The translations under genes and the position numbers were made by a program. Under the pieces are notes generated by a model. It had not been told where the DNA came from, made no database searches, and saw nothing but the letters and a program-made list of their open reading frames with translations. This document shows, piece by piece, positions 43,805 through 43,925 of a DNA stretch of 43,925 nucleotides (positions are counted from its first letter, which is position 1; every line of letters begins with the position of its first letter). Where the stretch lies: assembly GCA_030533135.1 (NCBI GenBank), contig JAUNJR010000002.1, positions 1 through 43,925 on the forward strand, read 5' to 3'. Origin of the DNA: Coriobacteriales bacterium. Lineage in GTDB: Bacteria > Actinomycetota > Coriobacteriia > Coriobacteriales > Atopobiaceae.

Positions 43805-43925
43805 GCGTTGCCGTTGTCCTTGCGCCTCTTCTCCCACTCGACGCGCTCCTTGCGCGTGAGCATGTTCGAGCCGTCCTCGGGCCCCAGACGGGGCACGCAG
43901 AGGGCGTATAAAGCCGTTCGGCCCT
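43801..43925 (-). CDS. 3' end of an unidentified minus-strand gene running off the right edge
   Basis: My own translation gives ...ALYALCVPRLGPEDGSNMLTRKERVEWEKRRKDNGNA, then stop (TGA at 43801-43803). It is open to the window edge, too short for the supplied ORF track, and I recognise no family. Confidence 0.35.
   Translation of the reverse strand, partial: GRTALYALCVPRLGPEDGSNMLTRKERVEWEKRRKDNGNA

Noticed and set aside
43258-43925. Calling a prophage or genomic island (mobile_element feature) downstream of tRNA-Pro.
   Set aside because: No recombinase, att duplication or phage or conjugation gene is visible within the remaining 670 bp. Only the repeats are reported, as leads.

Overview
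High-GC Gram-positive chromosomal segment. Gene order and protein signatures suggest Actinomycetota, possibly Coriobacteriia, but that is inference only. tRNA genes flank it: tRNA-Met and tRNA-Ala on the minus strand at the left edge, tRNA-Val at 842-916 and tRNA-Pro at 43181-43257. Most of the window is housekeeping. A long co-directional plus-strand run carries an ABC-F ATPase, M50 protease, scpA-scpB, rluB, cmk, plsC, ispH, a DUF512 protein, der, plsY, gpsA, rpe, a cysteine desulfurase, a COG1579 zinc-ribbon protein and coaBC. After that come a DUF2207 membrane protein, nfo, a second ABC-F, an OmpR/histidine-kinase pair with a UBA-like membrane protein, a LOR/SDH-like protein and an orphan membrane-anchored protein. 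The right side holds a heterodimeric ABC exporter, a GNAT fusion, a three-gene glycerol-3-phosphate-dehydrogenase-like flavoprotein cluster and a GH1 glycosidase. The main anomaly is one opposite-strand gene (14428-16119) between the DUF512 gene and der. It encodes a 563-aa protein with an intact SIR2-type NADase motif set fused to about 350 aa with no recognisable motifs, and it has no partner gene. This is my best candidate for an accessory single-gene defence or abortive-infection module. Secondary observations are: a palindromic repeat family at three gene ends, a 51-bp-period triple hairpin array and a start-less ORF next to tRNA-Val, and, downstream of tRNA-Pro, 22-nt direct repeats plus an ATGACA-N4-TGTCAT palindrome family that may mark the edge of an integrated element running off the window. 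No CRISPR array, rRNA, transposase or integrase is visible. All calls come from reading the sequence and ORF translations. No database search, HMM, GC or folding computation was run.
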